In this document: positions 28,685 through 45,158 of the stretch, in pieces
How positions within the stretch are numbered: position 1 is the first letter of the stretch
How the letters are laid out: the number at the start of each line of letters is the position of its first letter
Assembly (NCBI RefSeq): GCF_009914755.1
Contig: NC_060932.1
Length of the DNA: 64,000 nt
Source: the human T2T-CHM13v2.0 reference genome, Homo sapiens
Reading direction: 5' to 3' (one strand)
Program-made: the position numbers and the translations under genes
Notes under the pieces: generated by a model
Seen by the model: only the letters and a program-made list of their open reading frames with translations
Database searches by the model: none
What the model was told of the DNA's origin: nothing

Positions 28685-30225
28685 TCTACTGTCTTAGCAT
28701 AATGCCTTCCATGTTCATCCAGGTTCTCACAAATGATAGAAGTTCCTTCTTTGTTAAGGCTGAATAGTTGTTCCATTTTGAATATGTACCATACTTTCTT
28801 TATCCATTCATCTGTAGATGGACACTTAGGTTGATTTCATATTTTAGTTCTTGTGAATAGTGCCACAATGAGCCTGAGAGGGCAAATATCTCTTCAACAC
28901 ACTGATTTCAGTTCCTTTGGATATACACCTAGAATTGGGATAGTTGGATTATATAACGGTTCTATTTTTAGTTTTTTGAGGAACCTCCATACTCTTTTCC
29001 GTACTAGCTGTACTAATCTACATTCTCACCAGCAGTATACAAAGGTTCTCTTTTCTCCACACCCTCACCAACATTTGTTATCTTTCATATTTTTGAAAAT
29101 GGCCACTCTAACAGGTGTAAAGTTACATCTCTTTGTGGTATTAACTTGCCTTTGCCTGATGATTTGTGATACTAAACATTTTTTATATGTCTGTTGGCTA
29201 TTTGTATGTCTTCATTTGAGAAATGTCTGCTCAGGTCCTTGGCTCATTTTTTAATCAGGTTATTTATTTTCTTGCTATTGAATTTCTCACATGTTTTGGG
29301 TAGATGCTCCTCATCTATGGATGGTTTGCAAATACTTCTCCCAATTTACGGGTTGTCTCTTCATTCTATTTTCTTTGCTGTGTAGAAGCTTTTTAGTTTG
29401 ATGCAATCCCATGTGTCTATTTTTACTTATGTTGCCTGTGTTTTTTGAGTCATAGCCAAGGAGTCAATGCACAGATCAATGTCATGGACCGTTTCCCCTA
29501 TGTTTTCTTCTTGTAGTTTTACAGTTTCAGGTCTTACGTTTACATTTTCCATCAATTTTGAGTTGATTGTTGTATATGCTATGATGTGAAAGTCCAATTT
29601 TGTTCTTCTGCATGTGGACATTCAGTTGACCCAACAGCACTTACTGAAGAGACTATCCTTTCCCTATTGTGTGTTCCTGGCATCTTTGTCACAAATCAAT
29701 TGGCCATAAATGCATGAGTTTATTTCTGGGCTCTCTATTTTGTTACATAGGCCTATGTGTCTGTGCTTAAATCAGTATCATGCCATTTTGATTACTGTAA
29801 CTTTGTAATATATTTTAAGATCAGGTAATGTGATTCCTCCAGCTTTGTTCTTTTAGCTCAGAATGTCTTTGGCTATTCAGTCTTTTGTGGTTCCATACTA
29901 ATTTTAAGATGTTTTGTTGTTGTTCTGTGAGAAATGTCATTGGAATTTTAAAAGGGATTGCATTAAATCTGTAAATTGCTTTGGGTAGTGTGGACATTTT
30001 GACAATATTAATTATTGCAGTCTGTGAACCCAGGATATCTTTCCACTTATTTGTGTCTTCAACTTCTTTCATCAATGTTTTACCATTTTCAATATACAGA
30101 TCTTTCAACTCCTTGGTTAAATTTACTCCTAAATATTTTTTTGGTGCTATTGTAAAAGGAATTGTTTTCCTGATTTCTTCTTCAGATAGTTCATTGATAG
30201 GATATAGAAATTAAACCAATTTTTG
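28685..30225 (-). mobile_element. L1MA-type fragment (ORF2 3' part)
   Basis: ORFs 29821..30108(-) [25 protein letters not shown] and 29427..29621(-) are decayed L1 ORF2. Confidence 0.88.
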
Positions 30226-30674
30226 CTAAGGGACTTTAAGATTAGCTCCTGTATTCTGTGCCAGGCAGGCTTTGGGATTCACAAGGGGGACTGAAGTCTT
30301 ATAAACATAGTAGTGGATTAGTGCTGGCTGAAGGAAAAATTTCTAGATGAGCTGGAGGAGAGCATATAGGCTGGGAATCCAGGTGGGAAGAAAATTAATT
30401 GCTCAGTTCTCACACTGTAATGCTATCAGTTAACTTCTAAAGACACCTATTCTCTCTGCACAGACCTATCAAAAAATTCCATCAACCAATTCCTGAATGA
30501 TCCAAATGCTTCTCAACCAGCTCACAGACTGCTAACCCTCTCCTCCATATCAAGGGGAAAAAGTACTATGTGAATGATCTGCTTCAGGCCCAGATGAACA
30601 GCAGAGATAAACCCAGATTCATTTTAAATAGGAGGCAGGAGCATTCACAGACAGATAGCAGCCAGACACAGGAG

Positions 30675-30677
<3 letters not shown>

Positions 30678-30706
<29 letters not shown>
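30678..30706. repeat. (TG)n microsatellite
   Basis: About 14 TG units, continuing imperfectly to about 30740. Confidence 0.95.
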
Positions 30707-30708
<2 letters not shown>

Positions 30709-32313
30709 CTGTGTGCGTGTGCACGCATGGGTGCATGTGTATACGAAAAGGCCTTCGGCAGAGATCAAGAGGGTTTAGGAGTTTCTAAAAGAATATGCCA
30801 AGCCATTTACTGTAATCTGTGCTGCTCTCCTAACAGCTGCTAGAACCAGGTAACCTCCCAACCTTGGGCTTCCTCACTACCCAGAACCATCTTTTCATTG
30901 AGTGGCAGGGACTAATTACAGAGATAAGAGGCAGCATGCCATTCTAAGTCACTAAAAGAGGAAGACTGTGTCTACACCGATTTGTAGCGATGTCAATACT
31001 ATAAAAGGATCCATCTGATGAGAGCCAACCCCATCTCTCCCAGCACATACCTGGGGGCCCACACATGTCCTGGAGGCAGCATGGTGGCCTGCAGAGACCT
31101 TGGGCTTAGTAGTTTAACAGACCCAGCTCTGTGACTGAAGTAAAGTAGGCACTGTAACATCTATCTCAGAGGGCTGCTGTATACATGAGATAACATTTAC
31201 ACTGCCTACCACATAGTAAGCACTCCATTTTCCCTCCAGAGTGGGGACAGATGTCTAAGATCCTAGAGACCCACAGTATATTCCTATTTTTTTAAAATAA
31301 TTTCTCTTTAGGAAACATAGGCTTTGAACCTGGGAAAATTTAGTTTTCTGGCCGTCTGAACTGCTCCCAAATTTAACTGAAACATCTTTTGTCTCCTGGG
31401 GTGTAATAATAGGAAGCAAATGAACTGATTGCCTTGTACGTGTTTGGTTGCTGGTATTATTTTATGCATTTTCATACGCATTATTTTATTTAGACTCATG
31501 GGTCCCAGAAATCCATATGGATTTTCCTCAACTATGCATTTTTCTTTCCTCGTTGAAATCAGATTTCATTCTATGTTAATCTTGGGGGAAGAATTGTTGA
31601 TGCATTTATTCACTTACTTGCTCTAAAGATGCTCATTAATCAACAATGGCTAAAGTGCACCATATATTTATAGAATAATATACAATTAAAGGTTGTGCAG
31701 CCACCACATAATATCCACTTACAATGTGCCATGCACATGCACATATACGGGACCAGTTAGGTCCCACCACAAACCTGCAAACTAGTTCTTACTCTGCCTC
31801 CACCAATACACACATTTTACAGCTGACTTTCCCCCTGTCACCCAGATAGTTCTTTCATAGCCTCTCCTTTGGAAGCAGGTGCATGCATTTGTGTTTGTAC
31901 TGTCTTTGAAATGTAGGTTTTTCTGCTTATGTAAGCTGATGCCAGAACACACAGCTTCAAGCAAAATACCATTGTGGTTCTTCTCAACAAGGCCAAGGTG
32001 AATTAAACAGCATTCAGTTTGCTCAGACAGAAGCAAAAAAGATTAGAACAGGATTTTTGTATGCAGAGGGGAAAATGTGCAACTTCAATAATGAACCCCA
32101 ATGAGCAAATTTTGGCCGACGATTAAATTCCCATTCAAAATAACATATTTCCCATGATAATAGAAAAGCATCTCCTCTTTGGTTTCCTGCAGAGCAAACC
32201 AGCTATGCGATGAGAATATTCGAGTTCCTTGAAAATATCAATGGCAACTCTGAAATTAACAAAGTCAACTTCAAAATATTCACTTGCCTGAAAAGGTTGA
32301 TGTCAGATAGGTA

Positions 32314-32449
32314 TTTTATTATTTATTTATTTAGATATGGAAACATAATTATGTTGCCTAGGATGGATTCAAGCTCCTGGGCTCAAGCAATCCTTCAGCC
32401 TCAGCCACTTGAGTAGCTGGGATTATATGAATGCACCGTTGTGCCCAGC
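32314..32449 (-). mobile_element. FLAM-type Alu monomer
   Basis: CTCCTGGGCTCAAGCAATCC..GAGTAGCTGGGATT as a single arm with a (TTTA)n tail and a degenerate TSD AGATAGGTATTTT/AGATAGACATTTT. Confidence 0.75.
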
Positions 32450-32806
32450 AAGATAGACATTTTACCTGTACCTCTAATCGACATGGATGGAACAGGTGCA
32501 GGCATATTTATTCAGGAAACAAATACAGGCTATAGAACTAAAAAGAAATCCTGAGGCCTCTAAATGGATGATGAGTGACTGTCTGCTCCATGGATGGCCA
32601 AGAATGTTGAAAATTTGAGACCCAGAAGGTAGTACCTCAGGACTTGTCTGGAACATTTGACTCTTCAGTCATAACAAGGTACAGAGGCTAATAGCCAAGA
32701 CAGGGCACTGGGTACACCACCATGCAAGGCCCAGTACTGGGAAATGGGCCCAACTGACCATGAAGATCCAACAAGGCATGGCTACCAAGGGGCAGATAAA
32801 ACTTAG

Positions 32807-34895
<2,089 letters not shown>

Positions 34896-35169
34896 CTTAG
34901 CCACAGCTCAAAAGAACTCCCAGAACCAAGTGTTTCCAGAGGAAATCGTGAGTTTTATTAAGCAAAGCCAATAGATGGGCAATTGAGGTAGTAACATTTT
35001 CATAACTCCATCGCACATGGGGTGCTCCAACCCCACAAAAACTAGACATGTTTAGTTTGAACACTATTCTGTGGACCATCAAAGCCATCTCAAGTATTTT
35101 AGAGCATTCCTGGAAGGGTCATGCTCTCAGATAACCACTGCCTAGGGTCCTTACTTCCAGGGCATACTA

Positions 35170-35620
35170 TTTTTTTATTGGCCTTCCAGATTTGTGTCCC
35201 ATCCTTCCCCACCCTGATGCATGTCCTAGGTGGTTAACAGGCACAAGCCCGCTTGCCTTTTGGCATCCCTTTGGGTTTAACCAATGAGAGGGACTAGCAG
35301 GAGATCAGAGAGGGAGAGAGGATGAGGTCAAGTCAGCCATCCTCCTTCCACCCCTAGGAGCCCTCTCTCAATGGCTGCCAGCTGACAGCTCCAGCAACAA
35401 CCTTCTGGTTTTAGGAACTGTTCCCTCCCCTTTCCCCTTCACACCCACTGGGGAAACAACTCCCCTTTGCTGGCTCCAAGTACTTTGCCTTCCTGCATTT
35501 GTTCCCCCTAACTCTGTCCACTCCATGAAAATATTCCCTTTGTTACACTTTCTTCCATTTCCTAGTTCCAGTGGGTCATCTGAGAGGAAGCCTCTCTGTT
35601 TTCTCCTAAAGAATACAAGC
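35170..35620 (+). mobile_element. LTR33-like ERVL LTR
   Basis: CTTGCCTTTTGGC..TTGGGTTTAACCAATG..GCAGGAGATCAGAG..GGATGAGGTC resembles LTR33. Confidence 0.55.
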
Positions 35621-38019
35621 AGTGTTGTCTCCTTTGTGTAACTCAGTCCTTTCTTGATTTTTGTTTTAAAAAAATGCACTCACACAAGGCAGTTACCCAT
35701 GTAATAAATGTTGTGGACTTGAGAAGGGACCTCACACATTGCACAGAAAGAACACAAAACCACCTGCCTGTGGGGCTCCTGATCCACATATACCTCTTCT
35801 TGGCAGGGGCTCCTTTCTTCTCCCTCCCCCTGCACCTGTTCCCTGTACAGACCGGTTTGCCTACTTTATTTCAAGTGTCTTGAGATACTGGTGACATTTT
35901 CGTCTCCCTCTGTCACCTTCTGCCTTCTGCTTCAAGTGATTTATCAAGGAATTTTCCTCAACAAAGACATTTCTCTCCCTAAGAGAAAACCCAGTACCAA
36001 CTCTTAAAATAATAACACCCTTAGCAGTGTGGAAACATAGACACAATACTTCTTAGCAGGTTGACTCACAGGTGACCTAGACCGGCCCAGGGGCAGGGCT
36101 TCAGGCCCCAGGGAGGAGCGCTGAGAGGAGCTCTTCACTTAGGTCTCAGACCAAAGCAGAAACCAAATCACAGGCTTTGGTTTGAAAACCAAGGCACAAG
36201 AAAGGGCCAGTTTGAGGAAAGTATTGCTGAGGGGGAGTGGAAGGTGCAACTGTCAAGCCAGCCTTCAACATCAGAGCTTTGTTCAGGTCAGATAAACCTA
36301 GGGGAATTTGGCACTCGAGACAGCCCCTGCTCCAGGAGTTGAAGGCAAGAGAGGGCTGAGAACTTGAGCCTGACAATGGGCCACCCATTGTGGGAGCTGG
36401 AGAAGCCAAGATGGAAAAAGTAAACTTAGGGCTAACCCACAGTACTCTTCCATTAATACATGAAATTGTTTATGTTCCTATTATCAAAGAAATGAAACTA
36501 TATAATCCAAGACTAAAGTAAAAGTCAATCATGACCAAAATATCTTTAACACAAACAGGCAGGGAGTGTTGAAAAATAAAAAAGCTTTGATATTAACAAA
36601 CTACTACAAATTTCCTAAGTTTTCCATTGTAACATTGCCATTAAATACAAAAGAAACAAAAGAGAGGTAAATGCATTTATTGCTTTGAAAACCGTAATTG
36701 AAGGAAAACTTCCTGTGGATGTTAACAATATGGAGAATGACAAAATAAATATTTGTGTAGTACCTTACTTTTCTAAAATTCTTTCAAATATATGACTTTA
36801 TTTCAAATATATTACGAGCCAAAATCAAGGACTGGCCAGGTTGTGTAACTCACTTAAAGCACAGAAATAAAAATTGGTGTTGTGAAAATAAACGTCCCAG
36901 TCTCTGACACCAGAGCTATGATTTGAACACTGCATCACACGCTCCCCTGTCTGGGAGTAAAAGCCTGAGCTCTCGTTGAAGTTTATTTTGTCAGTTAGGA
37001 GAGAACTAAGGTGGAACTGCCCCCAAATCCCCACTTCCTACCATCCAATCCTCCTCAGCCTTTCTCAGTAGAACCATCCTCAATGATGGGGGAGACTCAC
37101 TCCAAATGATAAGGGATTAAAATTGAAAATATATCACACATGATTAACCTACTGGCTGATCACTTATCAAACTTGCCATAAGGGGCAAAAAGACTTATAT
37201 AAATGGTGTAATTATTTGCTAGCAACTATCAGCCTTCAAAACTAACTAAACCAAATGAATTGTTGCAGTCATACATCTAGGTAGTGTCCTACTCTACTCA
37301 GCCTTTCCAAATTTAAATTAAACCAGTGAGAGATTCTTGGTTGACCACAGGGAATAAATATGCATTTATTAATTTCTAACTTGATCACAGACAATTAAAG
37401 AAAATAACATTATGCAATATAAAAACAATCTTTTACATTGGTCTGCTCTCTGTACATAATGGCTGGCAAATATTCAGATAATGAACATGCTTAGGTTGTC
37501 ATAATTTTTATTTCTCTATCATTAATAAACTCCATATTAATTAATGGCAAACAAGCAAAGATATTTGAGTAAGTGAACAGCAAAGTAGCAGAATGACGTG
37601 GATATTTTGTCTGTGCACAAATAAAAAGGAATGAAGAGCTGAGACTCAATATAATACCTCTTTTGAGCTATATTCCTTTATTACAACATTTTGCCTGAAC
37701 CAGGCCTGAGCTTCAGCTTGGTAGGGAGTTGGTGATTCATAGCTTGTAACCCACAGGGGCGTTGGTATAAGCAGCTTAGAATATGCTGAGAAGTGATTAG
37801 ACAGTTGTTTGGGGGAGCAGAGTGGACACTTGGGAGAAGAAGCCTGAGAACCCAAATGCTTTCTTTTAGGATTCAAAATTACTAAGGCTGTTAGACATAG
37901 TGGGGTAACTGTCGGCAAGGTAGAAATTAGGGAAAGGCTGTGTAAAGTTGCTTAGATGGTGTGCTGGTTGGAATTTTGGAGATTCACTCCTCACTGCCTC
38001 TCGGGTGAAATTTCGTAAG

Positions 38020-38320
38020 ATGCTTCCCCTTGCCATTGCTCTTGGGCTTGGCCATGTGATTTGCAGTGTTGATGCAATGTTAGCAAAAGCTGGAACGTGT
38101 TCTCCCACCTGCACTTCTGCATGAGAAGACTGTGCTCCAGGTGGTTTGCCAACTCCAAAGGGATGAGAGACATGTGGAGCAGACCTAAAAGCAACCTGCA
38201 CCCAGGCCCCGCTGAGCCACACCTAGATCAATCAAACCACAGTTGGCTTGTAGACTTATGAGCAATAAATAAACATCAGGATTATATGTCACCAAGATTT
38301 TCTGGTTGTTGACTACACAT
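38020..38320 (+). mobile_element. Old MLT1 (G/H-like) MaLR LTR remnant
   Basis: TTGGGCTTGGCCATGTGATTTGC..GATGAGAGACATGTGGAGCAGACC..CCTAGATCA..AATAAA. Confidence 0.6.
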
Positions 38321-39539
38321 CAATGTGTTTCTGAAAAATAAATAATTCACCATATGGAGAAACAGACAGTACAATAAGGGCCAAGCATTAAGAGGGAATG
38401 GTGGTTCCAGGATTTAAGGCCCCCTCAGCACCTGATTCTGTCCCCAGTGGTGATCCATCATGGAAACAGACTTGCACCCTAAGGAAATGGCTGAGTGAGT
38501 GAAAGGAAAGAAGAACCACAACCCTAAAGAGTTGTAACGCTGCAAATCCACACCCTCATGAGGCTCCCCTTGACCGAGCATTACACAGGACATTATATAT
38601 CTGCAGGCAGCACTGAGACCAGTCAGGATGGCTGCCAGAGGGAGAGAGCAAAACAAGCCATATCGCCTCCAGGAGCAGGACAGCAGCACCTTCAAAGGTG
38701 AAACAGAGTTCTGGCACCAACCAAGAAATGAGAATAATTAGAACTAATCTTTTGACATGGCACACATCCCAAAAATTGTAGAATATGCCATTGGAGGAAG
38801 TTTGAAGGATGGGGTGGAGTAAGATGTGTCTCCTGCTAATCTGTGAGGTCTAGACCTCTCATTGTTTTGCTTTGAGATGCTACTTTGGAATGACATTGTT
38901 TATGCTCCAAGTTGGTGGTATAGGGCTTAACAGTAATCTTGCTCCAAAGGGATAGACAGCCTGAGCATTTATGGAAGCCGTGATAGACCACACACCCATA
39001 CCACATCACCAACTCTGGGCTCTTCCCCTTCCCCTCCTGGAATCCCCATCCTAGAATCCTCTCACCTGCAGATGCTCCATCACTACTTCTTTCTCTTTCT
39101 ATTGTGGAAGGACTATTTAAGAGTTCATATACTCAACACATTGACTCTGAGACCCTGTATATATACATAGTCCTCAAACACTGGGAGACAGGGTTTCCTT
39201 TTAAAAATCCACTTCACTGTGATTTGGAGCTTTGGGTTTTAGCTAATCACTAGAAATCTTGTTTCAATGAAGTAGCTCTACTCTGCATGTTGTCACCATG
39301 GAGAACAGGGCTGCTTGCAAATTTTCCCTTAAATATTATGCCCGATTTTTGAAGGAACACATTTCTTGAAAAGTGAAAATACATTTTTCACAAAGAATGT
39401 GCTACTCCAAATTTGCTGAAATGATTTGAATTTTATTCATTTCCTTTGGCAACTACCAGTGTGAAAATAACTTTCAGTGTCATCAATAATATATGGACTA
39501 TTGGACACAACATGGTATGCATATTGCAAGGAATAATAC

Positions 39540-40006
39540 TCATAGAACCAACAGAATGTGTGTGTGCATGTGTCTATGTGTGTGTATGTATATATATATA
39601 TATATATACATACACACACACACACGTAGAGAGAGAGAGAGAGAGAGAGAGAGGGATTTAAGGAATTGGCTCACATAGTTATACGGGCTGGCAAGTCCAA
39701 AGTCTACAGAGCAAACAGCCAGGCTGAAGACCCAGGAAAGAGTTGATGTTGCAGCTCAAGTCTGAAGGCAGACTGGATCAGAATTTCTTCATCCTAGGGG
39801 TACCTCAGTCTTTTACTTCTTAAAATCTTCAATTGACTGGATGAGGCCCACTCATGTAATGAAAAATAATCTGCTTTCTCAAAGTCTGCTGATTCAAAAG
39901 TTCATCATGTCTAAAAAGTACCTTTACAGCAATATGTAGACTAGTGTTTAACCAAAAGCTTGAAGCCATGGTCTAGCCAAGTTGGCACATAAAATTCACC
40001 ATCACA
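39540..40006 (-). mobile_element. MLT2 (MLT2D-like) ERVL LTR with an internal microsatellite
   Basis: AAGGAATTGGCTCAC..GGCTGGCAAGTCC..GGATGAGGCCCAC..CTAGCCAAGTTGGCACATAAAATTCACCATCACA. Confidence 0.85.
39557..39653. repeat. Compound (TG)(TA)(CA)(GA) microsatellite
   Basis: Visible dinucleotide blocks, including a 44-bp perfect palindrome at 39577-39620. Confidence 0.9.
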
Positions 40007-40599
40007 GAAGCAAATAAATTTTTTAAATAGTAAAATTGACAAAAGCTGCAAAATTGGTGTAAAATATAAGATATATTGTAACCAATACATTTCCTATACA
40101 ATGTACATATTTTGTGGCTGAAATTTTTTTAAATAAAAAGCATTCAGTTTTTGGTTGAAATAATCTGACAACCATAAAAAATGTTGTGTTCCCTACGAAA
40201 GTGGATGTACATATATTTTCACATACACAAGTTTGTTTACAACAATCAATCCATCAATCTCCCACACTACAAAATCTTGACTTAAAGAAGTCAAGGCAAT
40301 GCAAAAATAAGACATACACTTTGATAATATCAGGAAAAACACTTCTTACAGGAACACTAAATCCTTGGGGAAACAACCAAGCCTTTTATTGGATATTCCT
40401 GGGACAGAAATGGTTCTAACCTGATTCAATATACTTTTAAATTTGCAGGGGGTGAAAATTATTACTTTATCAAAGGGTAAAAAATGGTACATTGATTAAA
40501 GAAGGGGCTATTAGAAACTCTGGCAGGCAAAGGACAACTTTTAATTTAGGCACAACCTAAAATTTCTCCCTCACTTCCAGGAGTTATTCTGCCCAGGTT

Positions 40600-40824
40600 C
40601 TGGAATCTGGCCAGATGTGATGCAGAATCCCCTCCCCACTACTCACCTGCTCTGTGACCTTGAGCAGTGATTTAGCATTTTCTTCATCTCATTTTCCTCT
40701 TCAGCAAAATGGAGACCATAATGCCTACTTCACAGGGTTTGTGAAGAATTAAATGATCTACTTTATGGAAATGACTAACGGTTCCAGATACATAATGAGT
40801 ATTTGATAAATGCTAGCTATCATT
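40600..40824 (+). mobile_element. MIR
   Basis: TGTGACCTTGAGCAG..TTTCCTC..AAAATGGAG..CCTACTTCACAGGG..GAATTAAATGA..ATAAATGCTAGCTAT. Confidence 0.75.
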
Positions 40825-41263
40825 GGATTCATTTTGTTCTCATAAGATATTAATCATTTGGACACATTGACAAGCAGGAGAGGAAAATCATGTTCATTTA
40901 CCCACCACTCTGATAGTGCAAAATCAAATAACACTGATCCTGTTCACTGGAGATGAGTCATATAGCCAGAATCTGTTAGCAAGTGGTAATGCCTTCTCTG
41001 GAACTTTGCCTGCATTTGGGACATGTTGGGACATGCCAGCATTATGCAAGCAACAGTACCTTGCTGATGTCTGTGTGGCTTTCCTAATCATTTTGGTATG
41101 GTTAAGAGTAGAAAATAATCACATGCTTTTCTATCCTATTATCCTTTTACAAACAAAATTGAGATATTTAAACATGAGATCTTAAAAATGGTGGGATTAA
41201 TAGTTTCACCAAATAATACATTGAAACAATACAAGTAGAATAAGGTTTAAAGAAATATGCACA

Positions 41264-41711
<448 letters not shown>

Positions 41712-41715
41712 TTAT

Positions 41716-42153
41716 TGCTATGGCTTGAATGTTTGTCCCCTCTGAAACTCATGTTGAAATTTAATCCCAATTATAATAGTATTAAGAAGTAGGGCCTTTA
41801 AGAGGTGATTTGGTCATGAAGGCTCTTCCCTCATCAATGGATTAATCTATTAATTGACTAATGGATTAGTGGGTTAATTAATTAATGGGTTATCACAGGA
41901 GTGGGTTAGTTATCATGAGAGTGGGTCTCTAGTAAAAGCCAGTTTGGTGTGCTCAAGCTCCCCCACCATGTGATGCCCTGCAATGCTTCAGGGTTCTGCA
42001 GAGTCCCCACCAGCAGGAAGGCCCTCACCAGATGTGGCTCTTTGACCTTGACCTTGGACTTCAGCCTCCAGAACTGTAAAAAATAAATTTCTTTTCTTTA
42101 GAAATTACCTAGTCTATGGTAGTCTGTTATACAAACAGAAAATGACGAAGACA
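41716..42153 (+). mobile_element. MSTB1/B2-like MaLR solo LTR
   Basis: TGCTATGGCTTGAATGTTTGTCCCCTC..AAACTCATGTTGAAATTTAATCCC...GAAGACA with TSD CTTAT/CTTAA. Confidence 0.85.
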
Positions 42154-44891
42154 CTTAACAACCCTTGCACTTAGTTAAACCTCTTTAACCTTAATTTTTC
42201 CCCAGACCTAATTAGAATGCCCTTTCTAACTCACCCGAATACTTCTGGTATCCAAGGCTTCCAAGGATGACTCTGGGATTTCAGGCCAGCTGTCCCCACC
42301 TCTTGAAAATGTGGCTCATGTACGCTTTGATGGCTCTATGTCCTATCAGTTGATAGAGCTAATTAAAAGAGAGTCTTATTCTGTTTAACCTTCTGGGTCT
42401 GTATCCCTCTTCATCACATAATAGAAGCAGAGATAATAAAGATAAAGCTATACAACAACATAACCCTAAATTTGGTGATTATTTTTCTTTTACTCATAAA
42501 GGAAGCATTTTCCAAGTTCTAAAGGAGTCACGAAACCTCCCCAAACAAGAAGAATCTACTCATCGTCTCCTCTGTAGTTTTTCATTTCATATATTCTCAA
42601 GAGTTTTTCTGTAGTTTGACTGAGAACTTGGTCCACAGGGATAGGTCAGCCGTGGTTTTATTTCCACAGTCTAAAGAGCCACCGAGGCTGGTCAGCTACC
42701 ACTGTCCCTTAAGCCCTGGGGCAAGGGACGAAATAGGAGGACACTTCACTTGCAGGCACCGAGTCAGTGAGTGTAAGCTCAGTCCTAGGGCACTGGCTGT
42801 GGGTCTGAGGAAGGAGCAATGAAGAGGGAGCAGAATCTAGTGTCTGCCACGTCCTCGTTGGGCCATCCACCCAGACGTTCTGCCACAAACCTCAGCAGAG
42901 GGAAGGGAGGAGGAGAGGAAGACTGGGGAAAGTGGACAGAAACAGCCCTGAGGAAAGAGCACTTCCTCCATGGTCATTAAGTTCTATGGCTTAGAGCTGG
43001 AGCGTAATCAGGGAAGGAGAGGGCATTTCTCCCTCCTCCGCTCAGCACTGCGTCTATTGAAGAAGCCACAAAGGCAGCTACAACCTTGCCAACAGAAAGC
43101 AACAGGAAGGCCGCTCCCAGCCAGGAGAGCCAGGGGAGTGGGACCAACCCACCTACAGCCCCATGGCAGAAAAAGGGGTTGCAGGAAGTGATGAAGAGCT
43201 GGTGACCCAAAGAAACCTCCAGGAGAACTGCCGCTGGGGCCCATGAGAGACAGAGAACACCACGGAGACATCTCCAAGGAGAAAGGAGGGATGCGTGTGC
43301 CTGAGGCTGGAATGCCAAGATTTTGCTGTTGGGAGCAAAGCCCGACACTGATGTTGAGTTTCCCCTCCTTTGACTCAGATTCCTTGCCTGCTACCCCAGG
43401 GCAATGGAACTTAAGAAAGCACTCGTAGACCAAGGAGACCATGACCAGCAAGAAGCCCAGACTTTGGGAGGATTTCAGGCGACAGAGTGTTGGGCAGAGC
43501 AAATGTTTCATCTGAACACTCCCCTGTTCCAGGTGACTGCCCCTTTAAGGAAAAGTTGAAGATGCTGAACTCTGGGGGCCTTGAGTATTGTGTGCAGGAT
43601 CAACATATCCACAAAACCTGGGAAATTCCTGATAGGATTGTGGTGAGAAAAATAAACACCCACGCCATTGCCGGGCTGGGCACTAGGCTTCCTGTTTGAG
43701 ATTTTTCCTTATCCCATTCCTTGTCCTGTTTCTTGCACCCCTATTTCCTGCTTCAGCAGACAGGGAAGTCCATTTCTTCAACTGAAAAGAGGAGAGACAG
43801 TTGACGAGACTTGAAGTCTGATTACTGTTACTGCAGGGTCCTCCGGCCAGCCCCCCACCACCCACCCCGCCGAATGCTCACAGAGGCCAATGTCAGGTGG
43901 TGCAAAGTGCACGAGAGCAGGCAGCTGGGACAGCTGTGCTCTGGGCACTCAGCCAGCCCCGTCCATCTGTTCCTCTGTTTGTCTTGCGAAATGGAAGAGA
44001 GGCTTCTGTGGGCCTCTCCACGGCGGGCAGCCGCAGGGCAGGTGGTCAGATACATGGGGCCAGCCATGTGGCCCCGGGAAGATGGGATCCGGGGCAGAGA
44101 GAGGGAGTGGGAGCCAGGGTCTCAGCACTAGAGGAGAGGGGCTCCCAGCTGAACCCAGCCCACCCATATCACAGTGGGTAGAGCTGCACCCTGGCTCACT
44201 CCTCACATCACCCCTGGGCCTTCAGGAGTTTCAGGGGGTGGAGTTCAGTGACTGTTGCTTGAGAGGAAGGAGAGTGAGTGGGCAGTCAAAAAGCCACAAA
44301 GAAGGTCCTGCAACATCCGTCTCTTAAATTCGTTTTCTGTGATCTCTGCTCACTTTTTATGCCACCATCTACCTATCTACACTTGATCTCTAAAGTTCCC
44401 TCCCCAACCAAACCGTGCACTATCTAGAAGGTTGAGAAATACCTTCTGGTCTGGCCTCATCCCCATGAAACTTCCCTTGGTCTCAGTGTTCAGGAAGCTG
44501 CCAGATGGTGGTGATGTTAACTGCACCCCTTGGTTTTTTGTTATATTGAAACTGAAGATCCCCTCCCTCCCCCAATGCCCACAGGTCCCACTCAGCTGCC
44601 TCACCCTGGTGCTAAGCCCAGACATTTGCTTTCTCTTGAGCTGTTTATTTTGCCAGCAGGCAGGGTCACCTGTCCAATTGCCCGCTAATGAACTGTACAG
44701 TCTTAACCGCCAACCCACTCCCGCCCGAGAGGAGAGGGAAAGGAATGTGAGTGGCTCAGGCTGCACTGTCAGGATTGGGTTAGCTGGGCAGGAGGAGGGG
44801 CCATGGTTACAGCTGGAAGCATAGACAAAAAATTTAAAAACCTTTCTTATCCATCGGTAATGCACAAAGCTCTGTGGTGGATGGTTTGGGC

Positions 44892-44965
44892 AGATTAGCC
44901 CCATTCAACAGATGAAGAAACTGAGCCTAGATTATCCCCATTTAACAGATGAAGAAACTGAGCCC
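44892..44965. repeat. 37-bp tandem duplication of a MIR core segment
   Basis: AGATTAGCCCCATTCAACAGATGAAGAAACTGAGCC versus AGATTATCCCCATTTAACAGATGAAGAAACTGAGCC. Confidence 0.9.
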
Positions 44966-45158
44966 AGAGAGTGTGATGAGGATGATGGCTCTCCGGGTTA
45001 CACAGTTGCTGAGGAGGTTGAGCCACAGAACAGAGATTTGAACTCTGGTTCATCTGACACCAATGCCAGGGGCTCTGGAAGCTGCTTATTCGTTCGCAGG
45101 ATGCCCCTGAGGTGGGGGCCATGTGCACAGGTGTTCCAGTATCTTGGCAGAGATTTTT
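44966..45158 (+). repeat. Local direct duplication, copy A (193 bp)
   Basis: Gap-free alignment to 46532-46724 with 26 mismatches by hand count (about 86%). Confidence 0.9.

Noticed and set aside
31950-32300. TAAT-rich unique sequence resembling a conserved non-coding element (similar at about 37100-37620)
   Set aside because: Conservation cannot be judged from a single sequence and the motif content is not distinctive
34984-34993. TGAGGTAGTA, identical to the let-7 5' end
   Set aside because: The match stops after 10 nt and there is no complementary hairpin arm
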